From assembly GCA_964270895.1 (NCBI GenBank), contig OZ185440.1: a stretch of 64,000 nucleotides of DNA; one strand, written 5' to 3'. A program made the translations under genes and the position numbers. This document shows positions 26,467 through 39,810 of this stretch, one piece after another (positions within the stretch are counted from its first letter, which is position 1; the number at the start of each line of letters is the position of its first letter). The stretch comes from Podarcis filfolensis (lineage: Eukaryota). The notes under the pieces were generated by a model. It did not search any database. It had not been told where the DNA came from and saw only the letters and a program-made list of their open reading frames with translations.

Positions 26467-29366
26467 GTATAGGTGGTGGTCTTGGGTGGTCTGCTATGCA
26501 GGCATGCCTAGATCAGACCTAGTCCTCGTTAGCTTCAGCATATTAGCCGAATCATGTGCCCTCAGGTGATATTCTAGAACCCATACCGGCATTGCTTAGG
26601 AAGTCTTAAGAAACAAAGAACAACCACAAAATCATTACAGTATTGATCATCTGCCATCTTGATTCAAAGTAGCATTCAGGTGTGTGTACACAGATGTAGA
26701 TGAAAATTTACTCCTTGATCTCAGGAACCATGATGCAAAAATTGCTTTTGATGGGTTATATCCAGCAAATCCCTATTTCGAGTCAACCCAAAGAAATTAA
26801 CGGTCCTAAATTAGTCACACCCTTCAATTTCAATGGGTCTGCTCTGACTAACATTGGATATAGCCCACTGTCTTTAGAGGTGTCTAAATGCATAGCGAAA
26901 AAAGAGCTTTTCGGATTGTGAAGTAGATATGCCACACCTTTTATCAAATATAATCAGCTTTCTTAGCACTGCTAGGTTCTGGTTGGCCCTTCCTGCCTTG
27001 GTTTTTTCCTTGGTTGAAAATATTTTTAAAAATAAAACTTAGGAAGCTTTAGGTAGTGACTGATGTATGGCTGTCTGAAAAGCCCAAGCTACTGTTAACA
27101 AACTGATGAAGATCAACGGTGCTGGAATCATCCGAAATGAGGAATGGTCATCCTGTTGCTAAAATAAGCATTCCCTCCATATAAGTGGTGCTTATGAGCC
27201 CAGCCTTACATTCACATGCACCAGAAACGTAGGTGTAAAAGAGGTCTTAAAATGAAGAAAGAAATGGTGGTTGAAATATCATTATGTGAGTCATAGAGCT
27301 CTGAGCACTATATAGTCATTTTGTACTTTTGGAAGTAATAGAAACTGAGTCTGAAGTCTGTAAATTCAGAGCAACAGTAGCTGGGGTTCAAATTGTAATA
27401 GTCACTCATGACCTACTGGAAGGCAGGGGGAAAAAAGACAGGAGAATTAACACACCCAAAATTATTGCAGTTCTACTGCTGTTATTTTATTATGTGATTG
27501 CCTATTCAGCCATTTATTCCCCTGACACTATAGTTTGTTTAGGCTAAATGCCCAGGGAGAGAAGGGACCAGATTCACTTTCATTTGAATACAGCATCTAT
27601 ATTTTATAAAGCAAGAAAATGGAGAGCTCAGTTATAATCAGCACAGCCTCCTCCTTACTCAACTCTGTCTGCACCCCCTGTGTCTTTGAGACAAATCTGC
27701 TCATTTGACTAACTAAATGTAGCTGGTTTTGTGCTGACTCTACCTGCTGAGCTGATACAGAGGAGAAAGAGAGAGAGCAATTTTGCATCATCCATCTTTT
27801 TAATAAGCAAACAAACAAATAAATAAATAAATAGTCTAGGGAGACATTTGATCCAAAACTGTATTCAGTAACCTCATAACTTTGGTATAATTTAGTTCTG
27901 CATCTAGCTCATGGCCTGGAACTTCACAACATGCACAAAACTGCAGTCCTTGGTTTTAAGGCAATTATCATGATTGGATTTTAGATGAAATCTGGATGCT
28001 TTTTGATTAAACAGGTTAGTGGATGAATCTTCGAAACAGCGTAGATGAAAGGATTTCTTGCCACGATGGCTGTGAGAGATGGAAGGGCTCAGGTGGCTGA
28101 CTTTGCAAATCCCAGAGGACTTGTACCCAGTGATACTGTCTTTCTACTGTGTAAACCAAGCATGCTGAATTTGAAGTCTGGGAGCAGAAATTGTGAAGGC
28201 GGCTATGCCACATCTTTCATTCATGGCTCATTGTGTTGTCAATACTAGTTTATATACAGACCCTGTGAATTACTTAAATATACATGAATATGCATGTTAT
28301 ATATCTATTATACAATACAGAGTACTGCAACAATCAGGACTTCTTAAAAACTGATTTGTCCAAGGTTGTATGGCAAGCAGAATCCGTGTCCTACACTTGC
28401 CCTTTTGCTACCCTCTCTTCTGATTCCCCCTTCCAAATTTGCTTTTCTTAATATGGAAAGTGTTTTGCTTAGCTTTACTCTTGTGAGAGAAAAACAGCTG
28501 AGTGAAGAAGTGTTGTGCAGGTGGTGAACCTAGTCGCAAATAATGCAAGCCCAGCAAGCCGTCCTCACGTGGCAGAAATGTCATGAAAGGCCAAGTGAAT
28601 AATGGTGCAAGAGGTGCAGACTTAGTGTTTTCCCATGAGATGCTATAAGAGTTGTTTATTTTCTTTTTCTTTATATATTTGCAAGCCATGTGTCTATAAT
28701 TCAGATGTGGAATCCATATGGGTTGAAATGTACCTAAGTTCATAACAGCAGCTCACTTCCTCCTTCTGCCTTCATTAATAGCACTTACATGTGCATCACC
28801 AGAAAGACTCAAGGTATTTAATGTCATGTTAAAAATAACCTTTGGATTTTCAGATGATTTGGGTCAGCCTTTGTTTCTTATTTGAACTAGCAAAGAACCT
28901 CAGATTCCAAAAGGAATAGGGTATGTGTATCCTGCATTCTGGGCAATGATACTTGCCTGAATGAAGTGGCTTTGGAATCTGGTATTACTAGCATCGTACC
29001 TTCATTGTAGTGGCATATTTATGAAAAGTGTCAGGGCTCAGTATGCAAATGTTTAGGGGTCATTTGTGTTTGCTCTGTGGGAAGAAAAAGGGTACTCTGC
29101 TCTTGCTCAGAGGAACCTTGTTCTTATTACATAGCGTCCAGGGCTAACATGCATTGATGATATAGTACTTTAACTAGATCACACAAAGGATCTTCCATCA
29201 ATATAGTCCTATGTGTTGGAAGGGAAGTGCATACTTTTTACCACTTTATGGTAGTAGGAATGCTCCATTGCCCAGGCAACTGGTGGGGAAATTAGAAATG
29301 TCATGTCCAAAAGGATTCTAGGTTCCTTTACTACTTGGAAACATTATCCCTTGTATCACCACAAGG

Positions 29367-29588
29367 CACTGGCGGAGGAAGAGGAGTGCGGGGGAGCGCA
29401 CCGCCCCCGGCAGCATGATCCCAGTGGGGGGCCATTGTGGCTGCCCCCCCCACCCGCACTGGGCGCCACGCCCCCAGGACGCACACCACGTCCTCACAGG
29501 CAGCACACCATGCCCCCAGGATGCGCGCCAGCCGCACCCCCGCCTGCTCTCCGCTCCCCTGGTGCCGGAGCATGAAGCTCCGCCACTG
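29367..29588. mobile_element. GC-rich hAT MITE (family B), 222 bp
   Basis: Exact 8-bp TSD ccacaagg; TIR cactggcggag / ctccgccactg. Confidence 0.9.
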
Positions 29589-30232
29589 CCACAAGGATCA
29601 TATATCCCTGTTTACTTGGAAGTAAGTCTCAGTATGTTCAGTGGAGCTGAACTCCTTTGTAAGTGTTTTAAGAATGGCAGCCTTACTTGGCTCCAAAAAT
29701 TGCCTGTTTCAATCATGTAAATGGAGGCAGCTGGAGCTACCCTCTCAAAAGGATTAGATAAGGAAAGTATGGGAGGTAATGAACAAACATTAATTTAGCA
29801 TGTCAGCTGAGAGAGGCCAAAGATCCATCTAGACCGGAATCATTCATTTCAACTTGGTATTTATTCCAGGGCAACAATGACACACAAGAAAGGGTGGCAG
29901 GAGGACTCTCAAATAATACCAATGTCTTCACCTTTTGGTGACAGTTGGTAATATTTACACCTTGCGGTCTTTTGCTACTCATATTTTCTTGGTTATGTTG
30001 CTTGATTTTCATTCATCTTGATATAATATATGACTTGTTGTGTATCTTTGTGCCTCATCCTTGCCTCTAATGTTTTGTTGTCAGCAATTGATTGTTGGTT
30101 TTTTATCATTGATTTTAAACTTCTTCATCATTGTGCTAATGCTATATTACTTAGATGAAAAAGCATTGCCTCAATAAAAATAGTGGTTGCTTGCAAGAAG
30201 CAACACCAGCTCTGCCTCCAAAGTGTCCTAGC

Positions 30233-30491
30233 CAGGGGTGGCGCATCCCATTTTGTCACCTGAGGCACATTGGGAAAGTGCCGCTGCTGCGCCATCCCCA
30301 CAGAAGCATCCCTTACCTAGTGCCTGCAAAGTGGCGCCAGTGGGTTCTGGCAAGATCTTGTGAGAAGCCAGAAAATGGCACCACTTCTCTCCCAGTGGTG
30401 GAAGTGGCGGGGCGACCAGATGGGTACCACCTCATGGGTTTTCACCACCTGAGGCAGCTGCCTCAGCCCTTCTCATGGGTGGGCTGTCCTG
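30233..30491. mobile_element. Degenerate hAT-like MITE
   Basis: Ends caggggtggcgcatcccattttgtcacctgagg / cctgaggcagctgcctcagcccttctcatgggtgggctgtcctg; no TSD retained. Confidence 0.6.
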
Positions 30492-31280
30492 GCCCTTCCT
30501 GCGAAATGAAGAACTGAAACTCCCAGCTCTGTACTTCTACCAAAAGCTTTAATACTCAAATCAGATCAGTACATAAGGCAGACTACAGGTTACAAGGTTC
30601 AGTAGGGACATAAAAGGATAAATGGCTAAGAGCAAGCTAAGATGTTGGTCCAACAAGCAACACACACCCTGCACCTTCCTTTTGAAGAGTGGGGCAGGCA
30701 CAGCTATTAGTGTGGCAAGTGGCCACACTCCCAAGACAGGGCAAGCAATCAGGCTATCCTTTGTGAGGGGGTTGGCTCTGCAAGATATGTTTGCACCTGT
30801 GCTGGTGTCCCCATGTCTGTGGAGACAGCGGGGCGGATCTACATGTAGATGACATTATTTTTTGTATGCTGGATAGAAAAAAATCAGCTTAGGAGCTAGA
30901 GAAGATACTGAAGAGGCAGCTGGCTTTTTATTATTGAAGTTTAAGATGAGAGAAGTTGGCAAAGAGAACTGAATCAGAGAAATTAACTGGCATCAAAAAC
31001 AGGAATTAGATAAAGGTCCCAGAAAAACTTGTATAAAGAAAACTGTGTACCTCTTCAGGATCAAATATGACAGAAACTTAAAAACCATAAAGATCTCAAA
31101 CTGCATTTGATATGAAGATTAAGTAGTTAAAATGGCTGCAGGTAATGGGAAGCTTGAGTTCTGTTCTGGGAGGCTGAATCCTGCTCACCAGTTACAAGTA
31201 AACTCATCCATGTCTTACAGAATTGCACTCGCCTCCTCCGTTCCGTTTGTTGAACTGTAGCACCCATTCTGAAGCCTACA

Positions 31281-31335
31281 ATGGGAGCATCTGCGGAGCT
31301 TGTCTTGTTTTCATTAGCCGTCGTCTCTTTTACAG
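31281..31335 (+). CDS. CNTN2: CNTN2 exon 2 coding part (exon 31221-31335): start codon and signal peptide MGASAELVLFSLAVVSFT
   Basis: Acceptor tcttacag|31221, ATG in strong Kozak context (acaATGg), donor CAG|GTAAGA, phase 1 matching exon 3. Confidence 0.88.
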
Positions 31336-31905
31336 GTAAGAGCTTCCTCCATCTTGGCTCAAAGGTCAGGACCAGCTTTAGGCTGAGCCTGGAGACTAAC
31401 TGGACTAAAGCCAGTGAAGGAACAATCCTGTTCATACTCTCAACTAAAATTCAGAACATGAAATTATCTGCTAACATGAATTCTATCGTTGACCATATAT
31501 ATTTTGTAAATGTAATTTGGCTTATGTATATTTGCAGTGTGGAGTTTATTTGACTGCTGCATTTATTGTGCAAGTGATAATGACAGCTAGATGCACTGCT
31601 TAGGGCAGAGGTGGGGAGCCGAGAGTCCTTCAGATACCGCAGGGTCCAGCTCCCATCATCCCTGATCATCGATAGGATAGTGAGAGTTGGAGCCCAACAA
31701 TATTTGACAGCCACTGGGTTCCCACCCCTGAATTAGGGGAACCAAGCCAGTGAACCAAGGCATGTTGCATTTTACAATATGTTCAATGTATGTGATAGGG
31801 GATGCACAGGCCCCAGAATTTGCCTGTGTATTTTTAAAAATTCTTACCTGTTTCTATCCAGTCTTTGCTTAAAACTGTGCTCCAGGTTCCAATCCACAAG
31901 GGAAA

Positions 31906-31906
<1 letters not shown>

Positions 31907-31937
<31 letters not shown>

Positions 31938-31958
31938 CGTTGTCGTTGTCGTCATTAT
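31907..31958. repeat. (GTT)n(GTC)n microsatellite
   Basis: Direct reading. Confidence 0.95.
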
Positions 31959-32116
31959 TCCCCACCCATCTGCCTGGGTTGCCCCACTCTGGGCAGCTTC
32001 CAAAAAAATATAAAGACACAGTAAAATGTCAAGCATTTAAAACGTCCCTTTGTAGACATGCTACAAAGCATATCTGCTTCTCCTGCAAGGGCAAACTTTA
32101 CTGTTTGGTGATGAGA

Positions 32117-32117
32117 G

Positions 32118-32177
<60 letters not shown>

Positions 32178-32185
32178 GGGGGGGG
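32117..32185. repeat. (CT)n(CA)n microsatellite plus G-run
   Basis: Direct reading. Confidence 0.95.
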
Positions 32186-34194
32186 AGACAGCTATGACCC
32201 TGTTGCCCAAGGAACAATGTTGAGGGCAAGGCTTTTGCCATTATCCTCCCCAGTTGGCGGGGGGATACAACCTTGTCTCCCTGCGAGATAGAAATATATT
32301 TGCATTGTCTTGCACAGGAGAAGGGCAGGAGGGACGGGACAGGAAAGGGAAAGTTTTATGCCCCAAGCAAGAATCTTGTTATCCCAAGAATCAATGCCGG
32401 GGGTGGGCATCTGCCCCCATGATGGCTCTTTGAGCTATATCCATTGACTTGCATAGGGAGGGCATAGATCCACGTGAAAGACAAATGTAGTTTCATACCC
32501 CTCAACTGTCCTGATTAAATTGGGACACCCTGTTTTGGGGGTCTGTACATCACCCTAAAACCTCATGCGAGTCCCAGTTTTCGGCCTTGACATGTTGGTG
32601 GGTATGCAGTTTTTAATTGTTGCTCCAAATCACTGTGATTGGAGTGCCCTGGGAAAACAATTCACTCTGATTAAAAGCTAGCCCTGTCCATCAAGCAAAA
32701 GATTCCCCAACCATTACTTCTCCACTTTCTCCCCTCTTGAGCTCTGGGCATTTCCCCAATAAGCTTGGTTTTATTTCTCCAGGCAGGGAACCAGCCATGT
32801 ATTTTTGGAGAGCCGAGGCCACAGAGCAACTCAGAAACTTAGAAAATCCCTCATGCACCTTGGGAACTGCACTTTTGCCTCAGAAATGTGGGGACCTTCC
32901 CCGAATCACACTGATTCACCTCTTAATTTGGGGTACACAGAGAACCAAAACATGCCCCTACTATTTGAACATCATCTCTGGACCATCTTCTTGCTCACTG
33001 AGCTGGTTCTATGCCATTATCATTGACCCATTTGCTGCGGCAGTCTCCTTTTACTGGTTCCATTCTCCATCCTTCACCTTAATGCACAAATCTCCATTTT
33101 CCGTTCCATCCAAACTATTGCTGTTTCTTAGATGTCTCCGGCTACACTTTAAAAGGTTGATCTCTCAGTGGGAAGGCTTTTCATTTCAGATGGCTGAGAA
33201 TTAGATAATGACTTGGAGCTAATTCATCATCTTGGGGAGAGGCTGCTTCGATGTCCTTTATAAATATCTAATTACCTTTTAATGTTGCCTGAGTCTCTTG
33301 GGAAGGTGGCTGGCCTAGTTCAGGAGGCAATTAGCCTGTGTGGAAACTGGTCTGACCCACATATGTTGGCGACATCAAGGCAACGCTAGGTTTTGCTGTT
33401 AACCAGCTGAATTTAGAAGACTTTCTTGTATGTGCTCAAGCAGAGACCATAAGGAATAAGTCATCTACAAAGCCCTACAGGAGCATTTCCTAATGGCTGT
33501 TAACATATGACAAAAAAGATCAGTATAACGATGGCTGGATGGGTGGAAATTTCTCACTGTGAGCATGAACAAGGAACCAGGATGAAAGACGGTCGGAAAT
33601 GGCTTCATCCCAAAATGGTGTTGGCTTAAGATTTATCTTCGAGATTTGAGAAAATATCTAGAGCTTGGTACCCCAAATTAAGACTGCCTTTTCAGAAAGG
33701 AAAACCAATATTTTGGCTAGGTTTTCCTTGGGCAGTGAAACAAGGAGCTCCAGTTGCCTCCCCACTCTCAAACTCTCACACAGCCAGAGTTGAGGAAATA
33801 GGAGTTGAATTGTTCTATAAATTGATAGTGACTATAAATTGATAGGCTTGCCTGTTCTTCTGTGTTTAGAGCTTTAGAAAGCATTGTTGCAAACCTTAGA
33901 CAAAATCCTTTACGCCTCTGTTTTGTTGTACAATACTGGCAAACTTCGGCTAGGGAGGACTGAAGCTCTTGTGTAATGCAGTGATAAGATTTTATGGTAA
34001 ACCAAGTGCAAGATAATTGTTCAAGAGAGTCTAGAAATAGCTCTGAAGAAGAAGCCTCAGAAACATCACAGTGTTACTGGCTGAAGATTTGTCCATCATT
34101 GTGAGAGCTTCTCTTTAGATCTGTTCTGGTTTTCTTACAAGCCATGTCTACCTTCTCTTTTCATATGCCAAAATTCAGGAAAGGACAGGTGCAT

Positions 34195-34355
34195 ACAGCA
34201 CAATCCTATGTATGTTTACACAGAGGTAAACTGCACTGCATTCTATGGTGCTTACTCCCAAGTCAGTGTGCTTAGGAGTGCAGTCTTACAACACACTTCT
34301 GAACGTGTTTACTCAGAAGTAAGGCCCTTTACTCCCTTGTAAGGGTGCATAAGTC
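34195..34355. repeat. Abundant short squamate palindromic repeat (caatcctat...ttactcagaagtaag...ttactccc...gattgca); other copies near 3775, 13330, 21810, 40080, 51450 and 54090
   Basis: The same degenerate motif recurs at many intronic and intergenic positions. Confidence 0.55.
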
Positions 34356-36043
34356 TTAAGCACTGTATTTACTGCTTTGTGTTTGTCTTGGAACTTTAAG
34401 CCAGTCTGAGCAGTAGCTGCATTTATTCTGCCTGTTATTTCTGACTTCATAAGCTATACATAGGTTTGAATAATCCAATATTTCAAAAAAATGGATCTGC
34501 TTATGAGTACTAAATGCTGTCTGAGCCACAAAGAGCCAACTGGTAGACATCAGTGTGATGGAGCTGCTGCATGAATGATGGCGCCCCTTTCCTTTCAGAG
34601 GAAGAGAGCTTCATATAGCTTCCTCAGATCTACAGCTTTGCTTCCCCCAATAGCAGGCTGCTGGTAGGGTTGCCAGTTTTTCACCCAGTCTCTACAGCTC
34701 TGCCTTTATAGTGCATTGATAATATACAAGAATGAGCAACTAAAGGTTTGCACACAAACAATGGGTAGTTGTTTTTTGTGTTTTTTTGTGGGTTTTTTTT
34801 TTACTGCGCATCAAGCTACTGCTGAATGGCACAGGATTTCACAATCTCTTGTACTGGCTGTCCTATCAATCTTTCTCTCTCTTTGCCACTGGTGGCATGA
34901 TGTGGTCCTCCAGTAGCTCACGCACGGCTGCTCCAGCCATGCTCCAGTCAACACAGTAGATGTGATAACTGGAAAAGGCAACACACTGACCATGAGAATT
35001 TTATATTACGTTGCCTCTGCATTTCCTCCCCTAGGACCTGTTGCGGGTTTTGCAAACACAGGCTGCCCTTCCATCGCACTGGCACCCACCTTCTTTTTGA
35101 ATCACACGTTGTTGTTTCACCCAGACACCTTGAAATCTCAGGTGGGCAGACTTGGCCGATCTTCTTGCGTGCTCCAAGATCAATACCTGACAGCTTGTAC
35201 TCCACGGCCCTTGCACAGACATATGACGAGGGCAACAGGGGACATGGCCAGGGAAGGCAGAGTTTGTGCAGAATTAAAATGGGAGATTAGCCAGGTTTTG
35301 CTTTTGCAATCTTCTTTTTTAAAAAAACACACACACACTCCCCTGATATTTGGAACCAGGAGCTTGAGGTTTAACAAACAGGGCTTTTGAACGCAAAATA
35401 TCTTGCAATTATCATGAATTATTTATTGCGTTTTGAGTACCCTCCGTGAATCCTGTCCCTTTCTGCCCTTCCACCCCCCCTCCCTGGCTACCACCCGCCC
35501 CACAGATGACTCTGAGCTTTAAGTACATCTGCTTTTAGATACTGGAATGTCATTAGCAGATTACAATCTTCCTTAAGTCAATATTGCACCCTTATTGTTC
35601 TGCTGCCCCTCAGTGTCAAGGACAAAGCCACTTCCAGCCGAGACGGGATAAACATACCTCTTTCCACTCTCAAGTAGGAGCAAATGGGCCTTTCCGTCAC
35701 TATTATTGTTTTATCTTTCTGTTGTTTTCAATTAATGCAGTGTTATTTGTTCTCAGCACAAGTGGTGCATGGATGTTTGGATGTTACCGAAGTACCCCCC
35801 CCCCACCACAGAAAAAAGGTAGTGGGGAGCCCATTATTGGCATACTTGCAGATGTATTCTCTACAATCAACAAACCCCTTTTTGTTTGGTCACATCCACA
35901 CCATACAATTAAAGCACAACCGACATGCACAAAGCACATGGCTTTCCCTCAAGTAATCCTGGGAACTGTAGCTCTATGAGAGGTAAACTATGGTACCTAT
36001 TTGTTGAAAGACACGTGCTTTAAATGTGCATGAATGTGGAACT

Positions 36044-36262
36044 GACAACGGTGTGACGTAATGGTTAGAATGCTGGACTGTGACCTGGGAGAGCAGGGTT
36101 CGAATCCTCACTCGGTCATGAAGCTCACTGGGTGACCTTGGGCCCAGTCACCATCTCTTAGCCTAACCTACCTCACAGGGTTGTTGTGAGGATGAAAAGG
36201 GGAGGAGAGGAACCATGTACATCACCTTGAGATCCTTGGAATATAAAGGTGGTATATAAATG

Positions 36263-36302
<40 letters not shown>
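36044..36302 (+). mobile_element. Squam3/MIR-like SINE with (AAT)n tail
   Basis: A-box ggtgtgacgtaatgg, B-box ggttcgaatcc, core gaagctcactgggtgaccttggg...cctcacagggttgttgtgagg. Confidence 0.85.
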
Positions 36303-36303
<1 letters not shown>

Positions 36304-36476
36304 ACGGGACTAAACTTGACGTGATGGTGACAGTTCTGTAGGTTTCACCTGTACGTAGAATATAGGAAGACTAGGGTGCGGGTGGATCCAATTTTAACCA
36401 CAGAAAAGGAGTGTGGGTGAGAATTAGAGAAGTCTCCCTTTCCCACAGCTTGTTTCACCATTTTCCCTCTCCCTAA

Positions 36477-36699
36477 CAGCGCTGGATTACCAAATAGGCA
36501 GAGTAGGGACTGGCCCATGGACCCCATGCCTTTTAGGAGCCCCGCAACAACAGATCAAAATAATATTGATTTGATCTTGCAATAATTTGAATTTGGAAGA
36601 GAAATCCCCATTGACTCAGAAACCTACATCATAGCGAGCCCCCTCCCCCTCTGATATTTTAACTGCCTAGGGCCCCCCAAAAGGTTTAATTCGGCACTG
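36477..36699. mobile_element. hAT MITE, 223 bp
   Basis: Exact 8-bp TSD ctccctaa; imperfect TIR cagcgctggatta / taattcggcactg. Confidence 0.85.
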
Positions 36700-37097
36700 C
36701 TCCCTAAGGGCTGTTCCTGAAGTTACTTCTAGTATTGGCTCTCTGCTGAGGGAAATGCTGCTTCTGGGGAGATAAGCCGAGGGGCAGTTTTCCACTTCCA
36801 CCTTGTTAAAATTGGGCTCCCCTCCCAGTCTTGTTTTGCCATAGGAGCAGTTCTGCATTCACATGGCATTTACCCTCCTATAATGTCCTCTCCCACCTTT
36901 TCCTGTGAGTTTATTTGAAGCATCCCCTTCTAGAATAGATTTCACAAATGACAGAAATAGATGAGTGAGGAGCAGGGCAGCCTGGAGAAAGGAGATTCGT
37001 TTTAGATATCATTGCTTCGTTTTTCAACTGCGGGCGTATTTCTCAAGGCGCAGTATGCCAGACCTCGCTGAATCTGTTAGCCACTGTGTCCATATCA

Positions 37098-37256
37098 GGG
37101 AAGCCACACAGCTCAGTAGAGCACCTACTCTGCGTGCCAAAGGTCCCAGGTTCAGTTCCTGGCATCTCCAGGTAGAGAGACACGGCCAGTCAGTGTTGAC
37201 ATTGCTAAGCTAGACAGACCCAGTGATCAAACTCAGTATAAGATCATTTCCTATGC
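37098..37256 (+). mobile_element. tRNA-Ala-derived SINE with CR1-like tail
   Basis: agctcagtagagca...ggtcccaggttcagttcctggcatctcca head, then gctagacagacccagtgatcaaactcagtataag tail. Confidence 0.7.
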
Positions 37257-38287
37257 TGGTATCTTATAATATTTCCACTATTTTATTCTGAAGTGGTGAG
37301 CCCAGCAGCAACTCTAGAAAGACCAACCCATAAGGATAAACTCCTTTCTTCCCAAAGCCTGGAAGGAACACTTAAGCAAAGCGAGAGATGTGGCCCAACG
37401 TGGATCGGTCCCTGCTAGCTACACATAATAAAATAACTGGCTTAGCTTAGCGCTGCATGAGGTGGCTGCGATGTATAATTGGCTAATGTCTAGGCAGCTG
37501 CTGAAACTAGGTTAGTGTGTCCCCCCCGCCTTTTCCTGTGCATAAACTGAAACAGCCCAGACATAAAATAAGAGATCTCCAAGTCAAGGGGTTGGTGAGC
37601 CTGAACTTTTTTCCTGCTGGTCTTTCCCCTGGTCGGAAGCCACTCTTGCATAAAATATGGTGCTTATGAGAACGGCAAGTTTGAAACAATGCCATCCTGT
37701 CCATAGCAACAAAGGAGGGAGAGGACTAACTGGTGGGATGGCGATTAACTCCATTCTAAACCACTTGGGAGCCTCCCGCCAGCCTACTGGCTTCATAGAG
37801 CTCTAATCTCATCACATAATGAAACAGACTAGCTAGGGCTGGGAATTGGTTTCAAGTGGCAGAACAGGCGCTTTCAAGATAATGGCAATGAGTCAGGGAT
37901 GCAGCACAGAGTTTCTGTTTCCCACCCCGGCTACTACAGCTTTGCTGATGATTGAAAGCTGGGCGGTTCTGAAATAGATTTCGTTTTGAGGAGCCACAAA
38001 GCTTTGTGACGCAGCAATATGCCTGTCATAACCGTTCACATTGAAACAAAGATGGATGAACAGCTTCTTTTTGTGATATATTTTGATTACTAAAAACTGG
38101 TGGGTGGGGAGAATTAACATGAGCGAAGGCAGATATAATATGAAAAGGCAACTCACATCCTATACCTCAGTCATGGGTAATCCTGGCTTCTTTCTGACTT
38201 AGCAGCTGAAAATTCAGATGTGCACAGAAGCAAGTCTAATGTTGTGTCAGCAGCTGGAATTTATGAATGTGCCTTGTGCCAAGTCAG

Positions 38288-38465
38288 AGCATAGCTCTAT
38301 CTTGTTCATCAGTCCATTTAGCTCAGGTGTATCTCAGCTTTCTAGCAGATGCACTCCAGAGTTTGGGGTAGGAATATCTTCTGGCCCTGCCTGGAGATAC
38401 CAGGGATTAAACCTGGGACTTGCTGCGTGCAAAACAGATGTTCTATCACTGAGCTATGGTCCATC
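38288..38465 (-). mobile_element. tRNA-Ala-derived SINE with CR1-like tail
   Basis: Reverse complement ggaccatagctcagtgatagaacatctgttttgcacgcagcaagtcccaggtttaatccctggtatctcca. Confidence 0.75.
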
Positions 38466-39438
38466 CTGAGACAAGCTCTTGCATCTTGCCTCAGCAAATA
38501 GGCCTGGGTCCCATCTTCGGAAGAAGATCTTGCAACTCTAACTAAGAACCTCAACCAGCCAGCATTTTTGGATTTTTTACATGGTTATTGTAAATAGGAT
38601 CACTATAAATGGTTGATTTAATCTATGTCAGTTCAATATTCAGGAACGTTCAGTATTTAATTTTATTTCAGAATTTTTATGCCACCTTTCAAAACAAAAG
38701 CCCTCTTAAGGTAATACGCAACCAGCATCATCAGCATCATGACAACCACATGACGTATAAAAAACACGTGAAATGTTGCATTAAAGAGCAGTATATAATA
38801 CCTCCAGGTCAACTCAGCAATACAGATAAAACAAACTGAAGTTTAGCATTATCTGACATCGAGAACAGCAACCATTTAAAATTTAAAATTTAAAATTCGG
38901 CATTGTAATTCGGAATTTATGTGATGTGATTTGATTTGATTGGTCGGTTAATAAAAAATATTTTTTTTAAAAAAGAGAACAACAACCATTTTAAACCTTC
39001 CCCAGTGTCTTTCACAAAAAGCAGATCAAAATAAAAACTCATTGGAGGCCTCTTTGGAAAGAGCTTGTGTGCATCCTTTGAGATTGAGTTCTGTCGACAT
39101 GAGGCCACCACTGCAAAGGGCCTGTGCTTGCTGTGATCATCCTGAAGAATAGGAAATACAAAGCAGGTGCTGAAATACAGTTTTGCAAGGCTTTGAGCAT
39201 CACAACACCTCTTTCTGTTTGGTGGAATGCTGAAGCTGGAGAGTTCGCAGCAGCTGTCATTTTGATTAAGTGTTTCCTACTGCTTCTTCTTTTTTTTTTT
39301 TATAATATTTTTATTTTTTCCATATAAACACAACACAACAAACATAAACATACAAAGACAAAAACAGAACAAAAAAACTACTGCTTCTGTTCTGTACTCA
39401 GTCTGAGCATTTCAGATTTCTTTCACCTTCTCGTGCAG

Positions 39439-39583
39439 TGTTGCGGCCAGCAGAGAGTACTCTAAGAAACTATGGGCCAATCTTTGAAGAACAACCACGC
39501 AACATCATCTTTCCAGAAGGATCAACAGAGGAGCAAATACTGTTGGTTTGTCAAGCACGAGCCAGCCCTCCTGCGACCTATAG
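39439..39583 (+). CDS. CNTN2: CNTN2 exon 3 (145 nt): [49 protein letters not shown], Ig1 start
   Basis: tcgtgcag| ... tag|GTGAGG. Translation matches contactin-2 Ig1. Not present in the ORF track. Confidence 0.96.
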
Positions 39584-39810
39584 GTGAGGTTACGTGATCA
39601 TAGCAACATTTTTGTTGGAAAGCCTATGGCTGCGATATACACAAGTGTATGGCAATGGTTTGTTGTTGTTTTGCATTCACACATACCCTGCTGTCCTGCC
39701 CATTCATCTCAGGGACCAAAGGCAAGCATTTTATGTCCCATTGAATTAAATGGAAAAGAGCGCATTCTAACTCTCTCCAGTTGACGTCCATGGGATTCTA
39801 AACTCCTATA

